Source of the DNA: Candidatus Faecimonas gallistercoris
GTDB lineage: Bacteria; Bacillota_I; Bacilli_A; RF39; UBA660
DNA: 56,471 nucleotides
NCBI GenBank assembly: GCA_018712565.1
Contig: DVGU01000003.1
Coordinates: 1-56,471, forward strand
Direction of reading: 5' to 3'
Below, piece by piece: positions 17,475-29,035 of this stretch. A model generated the notes under the pieces. It did not search any database. It had not been told where the DNA came from and worked only from the letters and a program-made list of their open reading frames with translations. Made by a program: the position numbers and the translations under genes. The first letter of the stretch is position 1. Each line of letters starts with the position of its first letter.

Positions 17475-18566
17475 CTAGTTTTTTATTTTCTCTTTTATCT
17501 CTGCTTGTTCTTGTATAAATATCTCACTTGGTAAGTTATTTTTAAATTCTACACTACTTTCTGGTGTTCCATATAACTTTATTAAGGATTTCATATGTTC
17601 TTTTACTTCTTCTTTTTCTGTGCATATATATAGAGGATTTTGTAATACGAAATAGCAATAAGTTAATAGACTTCCTAGACTTGCAACTGAAGAATGATTT
17701 GTATCTGCTAGTGGAAGATATATTTCTTTTACACTATCTAAGATATTTTGATTCTTTAGATGCATAAATGTTAGTTCTCCACAATTACTTAGTATTAATT
17801 TATCTTCTAATTTTTCATATTCAAATTCTCTTGGTAGGATACTTATGTCTTTTGCTGTAGTATCTGCAATCTGAAAACCATTTTTTCTGGCTTCTTCTAT
17901 CGTACTTGGTTGATCGAAGTGCATACAATATACTTTATCTCGCATTTTTTCAGGTACTATTTCTTTTAATACATTAAAATCTAAGTGAACTACTGGTATA
18001 GATAAAGTTACATCTGCATAAATTTTTGAGAATGATGAGTTTATTAATTCTTCTATATATTTCGTATCGATAGAATCACTTGTATATAGTACTTTTCCCT
18101 CAGGTGTTTCAAACATTAAAGAATAGCATTTTCCCTCTAGTTCAGGTGAATGTTTAGTTTTTAAAAATTCCATACTTTGAAAAGTTTTAAACTTTCCTTT
18201 GATATCATCACTTGATAAAAAATTACATTTATCTTCTGAAATAGTGAAAATATCTAGTAGTGTTTCAACGTCTTCTTTTAAGGTATCTTCTTCTTTGCTT
18301 GGTACTACAATATTTAACTTCTTATTCAAATTATTATCACAGTAATCTACTAGTTGCCCTAGTCCGGCAATATGATCAGAATGAGTATGAGTAAATACTA
18401 CATAAATATCTTTAATATCAGAAAATGATTCTTGTTCTTGTAATTGTTCAAAAGCAGTTTCACCACAGTCAATTAAAAATAATTGATTATCTTCTATAAA
18501 ATAAGCACAATTATTATATAGACTTGTTTGAAAGGCTGAGCCTATTCCTAAAAATTTTAAATTCAT
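17475..18566 (-). CDS. MBL-fold metallo-hydrolase with a degenerate internal repeat
   Basis: N-terminal LFLIDCGE...VVFTHTHSDHIAGLG (HxHxDH). The C-terminal about 90 aa repeat the N-terminal segment with the metal motif lost (LILSNCGE...LPLADTNHSSVASLG). Confidence 0.75.
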   Translation of the reverse strand: MNLKFLGIGSAFQTSLYNNCAYFIEDNQLFLIDCGETAFEQLQEQESFSDIKDIYVVFTHTHSDHIAGLGQLVDYCDNNLNKKLNIVVPSKEEDTLKEDVETLLDIFTISEDKCNFLSSDDIKGKFKTFQSMEFLKTKHSPELEGKCYSLMFETPEGKVLYTSDSIDTKYIEELINSSFSKIYADVTLSIPVVHLDFNVLKEIVPEKMRDKVYCMHFDQPSTIEEARKNGFQIADTTAKDISILPREFEYEKLEDKLILSNCGELTFMHLKNQNILDSVKEIYLPLADTNHSSVASLGSLLTYCYFVLQNPLYICTEKEEVKEHMKSLIKLYGTPESSVEFKNNLPSEIFIQEQAEIKEKIKN

Positions 18567-18620
18567 ATTATCCCTCTTTTCTCTTGCTTATTATATACTA
18601 TTTTTTTCTGTTTTTAAAGC

Positions 18621-19409
18621 TTACTCCTCTACTAAATTTCCATCTATATATTCTGATTTATTATTTTTATTAAAATAGATTTCAAATGAGGCATCTTCTT
18701 TATATTCTTCTAATAATCTTTGTTCTAAGCTTTCTCTTGTTCCTAGTAGGTTTTTTTGTTCTTCTTCTGTTAATTTTTTTAATTTATAATCATCGATTCT
18801 AATATACAAATAGAAGTCATATAAATTTGTTTCTAAAAAATCTTTAGCATTTACTTTACTTGCAGTAAACCAATCTTGTTTATATAATTCCTTATAAAAA
18901 TTAGGTTCTGGATTTCCTCCGTGGTACATTAATGCGATATCAAAACATTCTGCTTCTTTTTCAGAATATAGGTCATTTATTATTTCTTCTTGGACTTTTT
19001 CTTCAACGATTTCTTCGGCAATATTCATTAATTCTAAAATAAAGGCCTCTTTGGCAGAGTATCTTTTAGAACTTAATAGCCAATATTTATCATGATTTAT
19101 TTTATAGGTGTGATTCGATATTTCCCAGATTTCTTCTTGATTATTACGATTTACTGAGATTTGCCAATTTTTAAAATGCCCTGGAACTTGTTCTTTAGTA
19201 TCTGTTAGAGGATCTTTTCGGCTTTCTTTAAATATTCTACTCTCTTTTGTTTCCTTAGATACGTATTCCCAGTTTTCCTCTCCAAAAAATCTATTTAATT
19301 CTTTTGAGAAACGAAGTGGCCAGTTATTCAGATAAATTACTATGGCGATAATTATTCCTATTACAATAATTGCAGTAGCAAGTATCACTATCTTTTTTCC
19401 TTTATTCAT
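18621..19409 (-). CDS. N-terminally anchored hypothetical protein
   Basis: 262 aa with a single N-terminal TM helix and no recognised domain. Overlaps the upstream GNAT stop by 8 nt. Confidence 0.45.
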   Translation of the reverse strand: MNKGKKIVILATAIIVIGIIIAIVIYLNNWPLRFSKELNRFFGEENWEYVSKETKESRIFKESRKDPLTDTKEQVPGHFKNWQISVNRNNQEEIWEISNHTYKINHDKYWLLSSKRYSAKEAFILELMNIAEEIVEEKVQEEIINDLYSEKEAECFDIALMYHGGNPEPNFYKELYKQDWFTASKVNAKDFLETNLYDFYLYIRIDDYKLKKLTEEEQKNLLGTRESLEQRLLEEYKEDASFEIYFNKNNKSEYIDGNLVEE

Positions 19410-19995
19410 TGTTACACCTTTTTTGATAATTTTCTCTACTCATATTATATAAATATATTTCTACCGGGTTATCTACAAATGTATATTTTATCTTTTTGGT
19501 ATTGTTCCGGTCTTTAATAAATCCAAGTTTTTCCATTAGTTTCCATGAGGCTTTATTATCTATTGCAGCTCCTGTCTTGATTTCTTCAATTTCCACTTCA
19601 TGAAACATATAATCTAAGATAACAGTTGTTGCTTCATAGGCAAGTCCTTGTCTTTGATATTTAGGGTTGATAAACCAGCCAATTCCTCTAATGGATTTAT
19701 CTGTAATTTTTTCGTCTTCGTCACGAGCTTCATGCACACTAATTTGACCTATACATTCATTATTACTTTTTAAAATAATACTCCATTGAAACTTGTCCTT
19801 ATTGTTTGCTTCTTGTAGTTTTTTATATTGCCAAGGCTTTTCTTTTTCCCAGTCAAAAGATAATTTGCATGTTAAATAATATTTATTTACTTCTGGTATA
19901 CATAATATTTCCCAGATTGCTTTTAAATCTTCTTCCCTGGTTGCTCGTAAAATTAGTCTTTTTGTTTCTATTGTTTTGCTGCCTATAAAATTCAT
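19402..19995 (-). CDS. GNAT family N-acetyltransferase (RimJ/RimL-like)
   Basis: RLILRATREEDL...IGWFINPKYQRQGLAYEATTVILDYMF...NKASWKLMEKLGF is the typical acetyl-CoA binding core. Confidence 0.8.
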   Translation of the reverse strand: MNFIGSKTIETKRLILRATREEDLKAIWEILCIPEVNKYYLTCKLSFDWEKEKPWQYKKLQEANNKDKFQWSIILKSNNECIGQISVHEARDEDEKITDKSIRGIGWFINPKYQRQGLAYEATTVILDYMFHEVEIEEIKTGAAIDNKASWKLMEKLGFIKDRNNTKKIKYTFVDNPVEIYLYNMSRENYQKRCNNE

Positions 19996-19999
19996 TAAA

Positions 20000-20485
20000 T
20001 CACATTCTTTCTTTTATATATTCTATCATCGGTTTTAGTTGTTTAGGATTTACAAAATTTCCACCCTTTTCAAATAAACGAGACATTTCTTTATCTTTAG
20101 GATTTTCCATTGTGATTGCTTTTCCTACTAGTTTTAATAGTTTCTGATAAAATTTATTTAATTTTTCATAGTTAATTCCGCCACGTAAATAGAATAGTTC
20201 TTGTGTTATATGATTATACTCTTTTAGTTGTTTTGTATATTCATTGTTCTTTGGATAGGCTCCTACTGCTCCAATACAGCAAATTTTATATTTTTTATTT
20301 ATCTTTTTATATCCTACTAAAGATGTGGCACGTATCCAAGATAGGTAGATTACCTCTTCTTGTTTTTTTAATTTTTGGTTTGCTTCCTCGGTAGAATAAC
20401 AAGGTAGTTTTAATTTTTTCCTTAGACTTTCGGCATACTCTTTCGTATGACCTGTTTTAGATTGATAGATAATAGCTTTTATCAT
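20000..20485 (-). CDS. Flavodoxin-like domain protein
   Basis: MIKAIIYQSKTGHTKEYAE is a flavodoxin-type FMN loop. Start chosen after AAAGGAAAA. The gene ends with TGA. Confidence 0.55.
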   Translation of the reverse strand: MIKAIIYQSKTGHTKEYAESLRKKLKLPCYSTEEANQKLKKQEEVIYLSWIRATSLVGYKKINKKYKICCIGAVGAYPKNNEYTKQLKEYNHITQELFYLRGGINYEKLNKFYQKLLKLVGKAITMENPKDKEMSRLFEKGGNFVNPKQLKPMIEYIKERM

Positions 20486-20498
20486 AGTATTTTCCTTT

Positions 20499-21041
20499 CT
20501 AATTCTTTTTATATAAATCACACTCCGGATTATGGGAGTTAATAATACCAATCGCTTGTAAGTATGAATAAATAATCGTTGATCCTACAAAGCGCATTCC
20601 TCTTTTATATAGATCCTTAGATATTTTGTCTGATAATTCTGAAGTTGTTTTATCATATTCATAAATAATTTTATTATTAGTATAGTGCCATAAATAATTA
20701 GAAAAAGTTTGATATTCTTTTTTTATATCCATAAATATTTTAGCATTGGTAATTGTTGATGTTATTTTTCTTTTGTTTCTTATGATATCTTTATTATTTA
20801 ATAATTCTTCTATTTTTTCTTCGTTATAGTTACTTATTTTTTGGTAATCAAAATTATCAAATGCTTTTTTAAACGCTTCTCTTTTATTCAAAATACATTC
20901 CCAGGAAAGGCCTGCTTGAAAAGATTCTAGTAATAACATTTCAAATAGTTTATTATCGTCATAAACAGGCACTCCCCATTCTTCATCATGATATTTTACA
21001 TACAGTAGGTTCTTTTCGTTTACCCAGGGACATCTTTTCAT
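20499..21041 (-). CDS. tag: DNA-3-methyladenine glycosylase I
   Basis: RCPWVNEKNLLYVKYHDEEWGVP..LLESFQAGLSW...GMRFVGSTIIYSYLQAIG is the canonical Tag pattern. Confidence 0.9.
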   Translation of the reverse strand: MKRCPWVNEKNLLYVKYHDEEWGVPVYDDNKLFEMLLLESFQAGLSWECILNKREAFKKAFDNFDYQKISNYNEEKIEELLNNKDIIRNKRKITSTITNAKIFMDIKKEYQTFSNYLWHYTNNKIIYEYDKTTSELSDKISKDLYKRGMRFVGSTIIYSYLQAIGIINSHNPECDLYKKN

Positions 21042-21152
21042 TGTTCTACCTCCTTATAAAATAAGTTTTCATACCCATACATTTTTCTTTATTTTTATAG
21101 ATTTTTCTAAATTATCTTCGCTTTTTCTTTAACTTTTATTAATTTTATCATA

Positions 21153-21413
21153 TTACTCTCCTTTAAATTTATCCATAACACTTTCTATTTCTTGTAGTTC
21201 AAAGCGATATTTTTGTTTTACCTTTGGATATTTTTTATGATTTACTTCTTCTAAAAAATCTGTTAATGGACGTACCCAGCAAGTTCCATCTTCATATAAT
21301 TTTCTATATACTACCATGTCTTCTAATGTCTCACTGTCTTTTACAATTTCTTCTACTAAATAATAATTTCCTTTAAAATGTTTATAGATTCCATGTATTT
21401 TAATTTTTCTCAT
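21153..21413 (-). CDS. DUF1653 domain protein
   Basis: YKHFKGNYYLVEEI...VVYRKLYEDGTCWVRPLTDF matches the DUF1653 pattern. Confidence 0.6.
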   Translation of the reverse strand: MRKIKIHGIYKHFKGNYYLVEEIVKDSETLEDMVVYRKLYEDGTCWVRPLTDFLEEVNHKKYPKVKQKYRFELQEIESVMDKFKGE

Positions 21414-21448
21414 ATTCTACCTCTTTTCTTTCTATATTATAGCATATC

Positions 21449-22608
<1,160 letters not shown>

Positions 22609-22679
22609 TTACGTCTTCTACATTATAACTTGAACAAAAGAAAAAGACAAGTTCATTATGATACTATGCCTTTTTTTTA

Positions 22680-23243
22680 CTAACGTTTTTTATATTGTGT
22701 ACCTAGTTCCTTAACTTTTATTTTAGCTTGTTTTATCGCCTCTTGATGTTCTGGAGCAAATGGTGTTTCAAAATCTTGGTTATCACTGCTAATTCTTTCT
22801 TTATATGTGTCCAATAGATGAGCATAGCTTTCTAAATATTCTTCAGAAGCTTGATGTTGTTTTATTAATGTTTTTATATTTTCTTGCGTTTGATTATTAG
22901 AAGTAATCCGTATTCCTTTTAATATTTCCTTACTATTAGACTTTACATCCTTTCTATAATTTCCAATTGTTTCACTAACATGGGTGAAACCTGCAAATTT
23001 TTGTCCCCCTATTTTTCCTACAAGAGTATCAAATTTAAAGCCGATTTCTCTCCTTTTTGGTAGTGCTTCTTTAGCAACTTTTTTATTGTTTGTTGTTTCA
23101 TCATGAATAAATTTTAAAACAATTTCCGTTTCTTCTTTACTAAGTTCTTCTCCTCTTTCCACTTTTTTGATTATCCATTCTGGACTTATACTACCTAATA
23201 TATCATATATAACTTTTTTTAATTCTTCATAATCATCTTCCAT
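22680..23243 (-). CDS. Hypothetical protein
   Basis: 187-aa ORF, charged and helical, with no recognised motif. Confidence 0.4.
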   Translation of the reverse strand: MEDDYEELKKVIYDILGSISPEWIIKKVERGEELSKEETEIVLKFIHDETTNNKKVAKEALPKRREIGFKFDTLVGKIGGQKFAGFTHVSETIGNYRKDVKSNSKEILKGIRITSNNQTQENIKTLIKQHQASEEYLESYAHLLDTYKERISSDNQDFETPFAPEHQEAIKQAKIKVKELGTQYKKR

Positions 23244-23437
23244 AAATTTTCTCTCCCCTCTGATTTAAATAATTTAATTATATCATAGTGTATTGAATTT
23301 ACACTTTAAAATATTATTTATTTAAGAAGTAAATACTAATTATTAATAAAATATATTTAGCCTGAAGATTTATAATTTTTTTACTTTGACATTTTATTTC
23401 TCATCCGTCATAAAGAAAGGATTCTAACTAGTAAGTA

Positions 23438-24211
23438 TTATGCAATAGTAACACTTTTTAAACCATAATTGTTGTCTTCATCTTTTTCAAACGTAAAAGT
23501 TGTTATTGGAATTTGATCTTTTATTGATTGATATTCTTCTTCTGTTACTTGGTGTTCTTGATCATATGGTCCTAGAATATAATCATCATAATCTTTATGA
23601 ATACTTGTATAATATCTTTCACTTGGAGCAAGAGTATCTCCCGTTCCGTTAGCATATAGAATATGGGTTTTTATTTTATATTTTTTGTTAGAAGTTACTT
23701 TCCCATCTACTAAATATACACTTGGTTGATAACATGGTTTTCCTCCATGACCATGAATATCTTGATAGATATAGATTTTTTGTGTGCTATCATATTCATA
23801 TAATGGACCATCTCCTACAAAACAGTTGATATTTTCATGAATATAGGGATGATTTTTTCCAAAATATTTTTCTAATACTTTTTCTAAATCATTTTCTGAG
23901 AATTGTATATCTTTATTTTCTAAGTTCTGATAAGCAAAATATAGAGCTTCTTGATTTTCTAATGGCTTATTTTCTGTGATTGGATAAGAGTCTGCTAAAT
24001 AAGTAGTATAGGCTGTTATTTGATTCAATAAAATTTTTTCTTCTTGTTTATTTATTTTTCTTATTGTTGTTTCTTCTTGTTTGATCTCCTCTTTTATTTC
24101 TTCTTTTCTTATTCCTTTATCATAAATAATATACCCTAACAATGTAATTATTACTAATATCAAAATTATTATTAATACTTTACTAGTATTTTTCTTATCT
24201 TTCATCATCAC
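23438..24211 (-). CDS. N-terminally anchored extracytoplasmic hypothetical protein
   Basis: 257 aa. One TM helix, then a charged linker, then a globular domain. Same overall build as ORF 27931-28722. Confidence 0.45.
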   Translation of the reverse strand: MMMKDKKNTSKVLIIILILVIITLLGYIIYDKGIRKEEIKEEIKQEETTIRKINKQEEKILLNQITAYTTYLADSYPITENKPLENQEALYFAYQNLENKDIQFSENDLEKVLEKYFGKNHPYIHENINCFVGDGPLYEYDSTQKIYIYQDIHGHGGKPCYQPSVYLVDGKVTSNKKYKIKTHILYANGTGDTLAPSERYYTSIHKDYDDYILGPYDQEHQVTEEEYQSIKDQIPITTFTFEKDEDNNYGLKSVTIA

Positions 24212-24258
24212 ACCTATTTCTTTTTTAGAATACTTTTATTTTATTTTGTTATTCTGGG

Positions 24259-24699
24259 TTATTTTCCTTTTCCTTGTTGATAACTCATTTCATAAATAGC
24301 GTTTTGTAGTTCTACAAACCTCATTTGAGCTTCCTTTTGAAATACTTTTAATTGGTTTCCCATTTCTTCTAATTCTTTTTTCTTTAGGAAATCTCGATAT
24401 TTATTTTTGATTTCTTGACGGAATTTTTCTATTCTGTTTAAGGCTTCTCTTAGGCTTTCTCCTGTATCATCATCACTGGTTAATAACTCCATTAATATAG
24501 AAACTAATTTTTGATATTCTTTCGATACTTTCTTGGCTACTATTGGGTGGGAAAGTTTACTATTTAGTACAATAATATTTTTTACTTTTGTTTTGCTGAT
24601 AGTAAATGTTTTTCTAGGGCTTCCCATGGGAAAACCTACTATTTTTTCACTGAATTGAACTTCTTTTATATTCTTTTGTTCATTGCTAACATGATACAT
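24259..24699 (-). CDS. Hypothetical protein downstream of trmD
   Basis: 146-aa ORF 8 nt after trmD, in the position where rplS is usually found. It is not L19-like. The C-terminus is coiled-coil. Confidence 0.45.
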   Translation of the reverse strand: MYHVSNEQKNIKEVQFSEKIVGFPMGSPRKTFTISKTKVKNIIVLNSKLSHPIVAKKVSKEYQKLVSILMELLTSDDDTGESLREALNRIEKFRQEIKNKYRDFLKKKELEEMGNQLKVFQKEAQMRFVELQNAIYEMSYQQGKGK

Positions 24700-24707
24700 C
24701 TTTCCAC

Positions 24708-25373
24708 CTACTTTTCTAATAAATCTGGTCTTCTTGCCTTTGTTTTTTTGATACTTTCTAGTTTTCGATATTCTTCTATTTTTTTATGATTACCCGATAA
24801 TAACACTGCTGGTACTTCCATACCTTTAAATACTCTAGGTTTAGTATAGGTTGGATAATCTAAAAGATTATTATTAAAGGATTCTAATTGATGGGATTGT
24901 TCCTCAATTACTCCTGGTAATAGTCTTACAATAGAATCAGTAATTACCATACTGGCTAATTCTCCTCCTGTTAATATATAATCTCCAATACTTATTTCTA
25001 AGTCACAAATGGAACGAATTCTATCATCAAAACCTTCATAATGACCACATATTAAAATTAAGTGTTTTTCTTTTGCCAGTTCGTATGCTTGTTGCTGTTT
25101 ATATACATTTCCATCTGGTGTTAGCAAAATAACTTTACTTTCTTTTGTTTTTAATTTTTCTACACAATCAAAAATAGGTTGACATGTTAAAACCATTCCC
25201 CTACCTCCACCATAAGGAGTATCATCTACTTTATGGTGAGGATCTGTTGAAAAATCTCTAAAGTTATGAATGTTAATTTCTACTTTTTTCTCGATGATTG
25301 CTCTTTTTATAATTGATTGAGAAAATATAGTTTCAAACATTTCTGGAAATAGTGTTAAAATATCAATTTTCAT
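24708..25373 (-). CDS. trmD: tRNA (guanine37-N1)-methyltransferase
   Basis: [58 protein letters not shown]. Confidence 0.95.
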   Translation of the reverse strand: MKIDILTLFPEMFETIFSQSIIKRAIIEKKVEINIHNFRDFSTDPHHKVDDTPYGGGRGMVLTCQPIFDCVEKLKTKESKVILLTPDGNVYKQQQAYELAKEKHLILICGHYEGFDDRIRSICDLEISIGDYILTGGELASMVITDSIVRLLPGVIEEQSHQLESFNNNLLDYPTYTKPRVFKGMEVPAVLLSGNHKKIEEYRKLESIKKTKARRPDLLEK

Positions 25374-25381
25374 CTTATCAC

Positions 25382-25861
25382 CTACATCTCTAACATGGCA
25401 TCTATGATAATTTCTTTTTTATTGGTATCTATTTTTACTAATGGAGAATTTAAGGGAACTAGAACTTCTTTTTCTAATTTTACTCTCATAATCTTGTTGG
25501 TTGGACTTGCAAAGAATATTTCTTTTATTATTCCTCTTTTCCCTTCTGTTGTCAAGAGTTGATAGTTCATTAATTCTTCATCTAACACTTGATTTTTTTC
25601 TAAGGACAATTCTTCCTTTGTCATATACACATTCTTTTTTAGTAAAAATAGCACTTCATTAATATTATGATAATCATCTAATGTTACCATATCAAATTGT
25701 TTGTGTACTCTATATGTTTTTATTTCATATTCTTTACCTTCTATTATTAAATGGTTTCCAATTTTAAATGCATTTTTTTTGTATGGAAAGTTACTTTTTA
25801 TTCTTAATTCACCTTTAATTCCATGTGTCGCTACAATTTTTCCTATGTATACTTTTTTCAT
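25382..25861 (-). CDS. rimM: 16S rRNA processing protein RimM
   Basis: [18 protein letters not shown] at the N-terminus, a C-terminal PRC-barrel-like region, and a position directly upstream of trmD. Confidence 0.85.
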   Translation of the reverse strand: MKKVYIGKIVATHGIKGELRIKSNFPYKKNAFKIGNHLIIEGKEYEIKTYRVHKQFDMVTLDDYHNINEVLFLLKKNVYMTKEELSLEKNQVLDEELMNYQLLTTEGKRGIIKEIFFASPTNKIMRVKLEKEVLVPLNSPLVKIDTNKKEIIIDAMLEM

Positions 25862-25862
25862 A

Positions 25863-26597
25863 TTATTTATTTAATTCATATAGTAGAATACTTGTTGCAA
25901 CTGCAACATTTAAACTTTCTACTCTTTCATTCATTTTAATATATAATTTTTTATCACATTTTTCAAAGGTGGTGGAACGAATACCATTTCCTTCATTCCC
26001 AACAATTAATGCATATTTTTGTTTATCCTTTTTATTTAAATCACATACATCTATGCCATAATCGACAGAACTTCCGTATATTGGAATCTCTTTACTTTTT
26101 ATCACATCTAAAATAGGGTTAATTTTTCTACTTATTACATTTAAATGAAATAACATTCCCTGAGTTGCACGAATTACTTTAGGATTATATAAATCTACTG
26201 TATTTTCTGATAGGATAACAGTATCAATATCAAAGGCTTTTGCACTTCTTAAAATTGTTCCTAAATTTCCTGGATCTTGTACTTCATCTAATATTAACAA
26301 TTTATTTCCAATTAAGTCTCTTTCAGGTAGTTTTTTACATAAAGCCATAATATTACTTGGTGTATCTACATCTGATATCTTAGTAATTATTTCTCTTGTT
26401 ACGTAAACATATGGGCATGGTAGCGGAATGGCTTGCGTTTCTTCCATAATTAATTCCACAATGATTCCACTTTTAAATGCCTCTAATACAAGGTGCATTC
26501 CTTCTACAATGAATTCATTATACTCTTCTCGATATTTTTTTTTCTTTAATTTTCTATACTTTTTTATTTTTTCATTGTCTAAGCTTGTAATTACCAC
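25863..26597 (-). CDS. SpoU/TrmH-family RNA 2'-O-methyltransferase
   Basis: ILDEVQDPGNLGTILRSA, ALIVGNEGNGI, SLNVAVATSILLYE (SPOUT knot motifs). Confidence 0.85.
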   Translation of the reverse strand: MVITSLDNEKIKKYRKLKKKKYREEYNEFIVEGMHLVLEAFKSGIIVELIMEETQAIPLPCPYVYVTREIITKISDVDTPSNIMALCKKLPERDLIGNKLLILDEVQDPGNLGTILRSAKAFDIDTVILSENTVDLYNPKVIRATQGMLFHLNVISRKINPILDVIKSKEIPIYGSSVDYGIDVCDLNKKDKQKYALIVGNEGNGIRSTTFEKCDKKLYIKMNERVESLNVAVATSILLYELNK

Positions 26598-27235
26598 TAA
26601 AAATCCCTCATTTCTTTTCTATACTTTTTATATTCAGGCATATTTTCTTCTACTAAGCTCCAAAATTTAGATGAATGATTAGCATAGATTAAGTGTGATA
26701 ATTCATGGACAATTACATAATCTAGATATTTTACATCTCTTTTTATTAATTCTAGATTTAAGGTAACTGTTTTTGTTTTTACATTACACACACCCCATCT
26801 TGTCGTCATTTTTCTGATTCTTAACTCTGGGTATGGAATTTTTCTGGAAAATCTATGATATATTGCATCTAAGTGATTTTTAAAAATCCCCTGGGCTTGT
26901 TTTTTATACCATTTATCAATATCAATTTTTTTATTTATGAATACTTTTTCTTCTCCTAGGGAGATATCACAATATTCTACATATACAATATCATATTTTT
27001 TCCCTAGATAAAAGAAGCCGGTGTTATTTTTGTTTTTTATTTGTTGTTGGTCGATCATTTTTTTTAATCTATTTTTATTTTCTTCTATTAGTTTTTTTAT
27101 GGCACCTTCTGTTGTAAAATTATTGGTAGTTACTTGAATTGTCATATCTTTTTTTATACGTATATATGTATTTTTATTTGTTTTTTTTCTTGTTATTTCT
27201 ACTGGATACATTTTATTATCAATCTGTAATTTCAT
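26597..27235 (-). CDS. YgjP-like M48-family metal-dependent hydrolase (DUF45)
   Basis: RKMTTRWGVC...LNLELIK...LDYVIVHELSHL (HExxH). Start chosen at MKLQID after GGTGA. Confidence 0.8.
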   Translation of the reverse strand: MKLQIDNKMYPVEITRKKTNKNTYIRIKKDMTIQVTTNNFTTEGAIKKLIEENKNRLKKMIDQQQIKNKNNTGFFYLGKKYDIVYVEYCDISLGEEKVFINKKIDIDKWYKKQAQGIFKNHLDAIYHRFSRKIPYPELRIRKMTTRWGVCNVKTKTVTLNLELIKRDVKYLDYVIVHELSHLIYANHSSKFWSLVEENMPEYKKYRKEMRDF

Positions 27236-27254
27236 ATTATCACCATAATTCATC

Positions 27255-27785
27255 TTGGACTTTGCATAACTCTAAACGCTAGATAGGTCTGTTTTGTCAT
27301 TACTGAATCAAAAGTAGTTACACCTTCTTTTCCTACATTCATTTTAACATATATTTCTATTATACTTCAAACATGATGTTATAACTAGCGTTAAAATCTC
27401 TATCATAGTATGTTTTACAATTTGGACAAATCCAATTTCTAACACTTAAATCTTTTACTTTCTCATTCTTATAGTACCTAGACTTACATTTGTTCAGTGT
27501 TTGGATAATTTCTTTTCTTCTATTATATCCTTTAAATCTAAGTCTTCTGTTACTTTAATATACACTTCTTTTAATTTTGGTAGAATAATTATATTTCTTT
27601 TTAAATCCAATTTTATGTTTTCATAAAATTTATCTTTATAGTTTTTTGAATTAATTCTATCGGTTTATTCTTTGGATAAAGTCTAAATTTATACGCTTTA
27701 TACATAAACCACCTCTCCTGATGAGAGTACTATATAATACACTTGTTCTTGTGTTAACTGTTTTTTATCAAGTTTTCAAATTTGC
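27255..27785 (-). mobile_element. Degenerate IS200/IS605-family element: tnpB pseudogene with left and right end regions
   Basis: RBS plus MYKAYKFRLYPKNKPIELIQK (TnpB N-terminus) at 27705. Many stops and frameshifts follow. The C-terminal zinc-finger/RuvC-III remnant is KNEKVKDLSVRNWICPNCKTYYDRDFNASYNIMFEV* (stop 27360-27362). The left-end motif aatttgaaaacttgataaaaaacagtt is shared with the 41441-41845 element. Confidence 0.7.
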
Positions 27786-27930
27786 ATTTTAGTAAAGTAA
27801 ATTTCTAAGAAAAATATTTTTTAAAATTAAAAATTCATAAAACTATGAATTTTTTTGAAATAGGATTATTCTCACTGCTTTACTGTTTTTAATAAGAAAT
27901 AAAACAGAAGAAAAGAAAGTTTTCTTTCTT

Positions 27931-28722
27931 TTACTCCTGAGTTCTTTTTACTCCAGTATAATAATAAAATCCATCTGTTGCGATATCAAATGTATAAGTA
28001 TATTGTTCTAATTGATCTTTGTTTTCTTTGATATATTGTTTTAAGTTGTCGTCTGTTAATTCTGAATCGGCTTTTGTTTCTAGTTTTTTTGTTAAATTAC
28101 TATCTTTATATAGGTTTCCTTCAACATTATCATAGAATAATACAGCTGTTAGGACTGTTAATTTTTTATCTGTTTTCGTAATATCAAGAATTTCTTCTTG
28201 CATATTTACTGGTGTTGTTGGTACTCCACAACCGTCTTTTGATGTTACATAACGTTTGTTAGTACTATCATAGGTTACTGGCATACATCCTAATGTAAAA
28301 CTATCAATTGCTTTATATGTACCTGGGCCAAATAACCTTTCATAGGCATCCTTTACATCCTCTTCTGGAATTTCTCCATAATATCCATCTTCTGTTGGGG
28401 TACTATACGTTGTTAATTGTATTGTTGGGGTATTTGTTGCAATTGCAAATTTATATTCTTCTGTCATTTCAGATACTAGACTACCTCCAGATACAAATAT
28501 TAATTCATCTATTGTTTGAGATGGATTATGTACTTGTTTAATTAATGCTTTTACATTGGCATTATCTGTATCTAGGTTAGTTACAGTTGTGTTTTTTGTA
28601 TTATTTTCTTTTGTTGTATCTGAACTATTTATAACACCACTATTTATCAATATAAATATAACTAAACCTATGATAATAATTACTAAAACTACTGGTAAAA
28701 CTTTTTTGCTTTTTCCTTGCAT
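27931..28722 (-). CDS. N-terminally anchored extracytoplasmic hypothetical protein
   Basis: 263 aa with one TM helix, a T/N-rich linker and a globular domain containing two Cys. Confidence 0.45.
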   Translation of the reverse strand: MQGKSKKVLPVVLVIIIIGLVIFILINSGVINSSDTTKENNTKNTTVTNLDTDNANVKALIKQVHNPSQTIDELIFVSGGSLVSEMTEEYKFAIATNTPTIQLTTYSTPTEDGYYGEIPEEDVKDAYERLFGPGTYKAIDSFTLGCMPVTYDSTNKRYVTSKDGCGVPTTPVNMQEEILDITKTDKKLTVLTAVLFYDNVEGNLYKDSNLTKKLETKADSELTDDNLKQYIKENKDQLEQYTYTFDIATDGFYYYTGVKRTQE

Positions 28723-29035
28723 ATCTTTTCCTCCTTTATTCTTATTATCACAATAAACTGGTAGTTAAGCAAGTATTTTTTACCCACTTTACAGAATAAA
28801 ACATGAAATAAATTATGAAAAGTGAAGATGCTCTTTTATTAAAAAGACGTATTCTGCTTTTTCTCTTTGTATTAAGAATCAACAATAAAATCTTAATAAA
28901 AAGCAGTAAAATTTACTCCGTAAGAGATTGTTTTTTGTCTTTGTTTAATCCCACCTGTGGCCTATAGGCTGCATAAGTATATTTCTCAAGTTCTGGATAT
29001 CTATCTGTTTGTCTCATTTTTACTTTTCTTAGTTA

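Noticed and set aside
28913-29017. A 34-codon minus-strand ORF (MRQTDRYPELEKYTYAAYRPQVGLNKDKKQSLTE) just downstream of the frameshifted gene.
   Set aside because: It has a weak RBS, no recognisable motif, and cannot be distinguished from chance in AT-rich DNA. It is noted only as a candidate for ribosome-profiling data.
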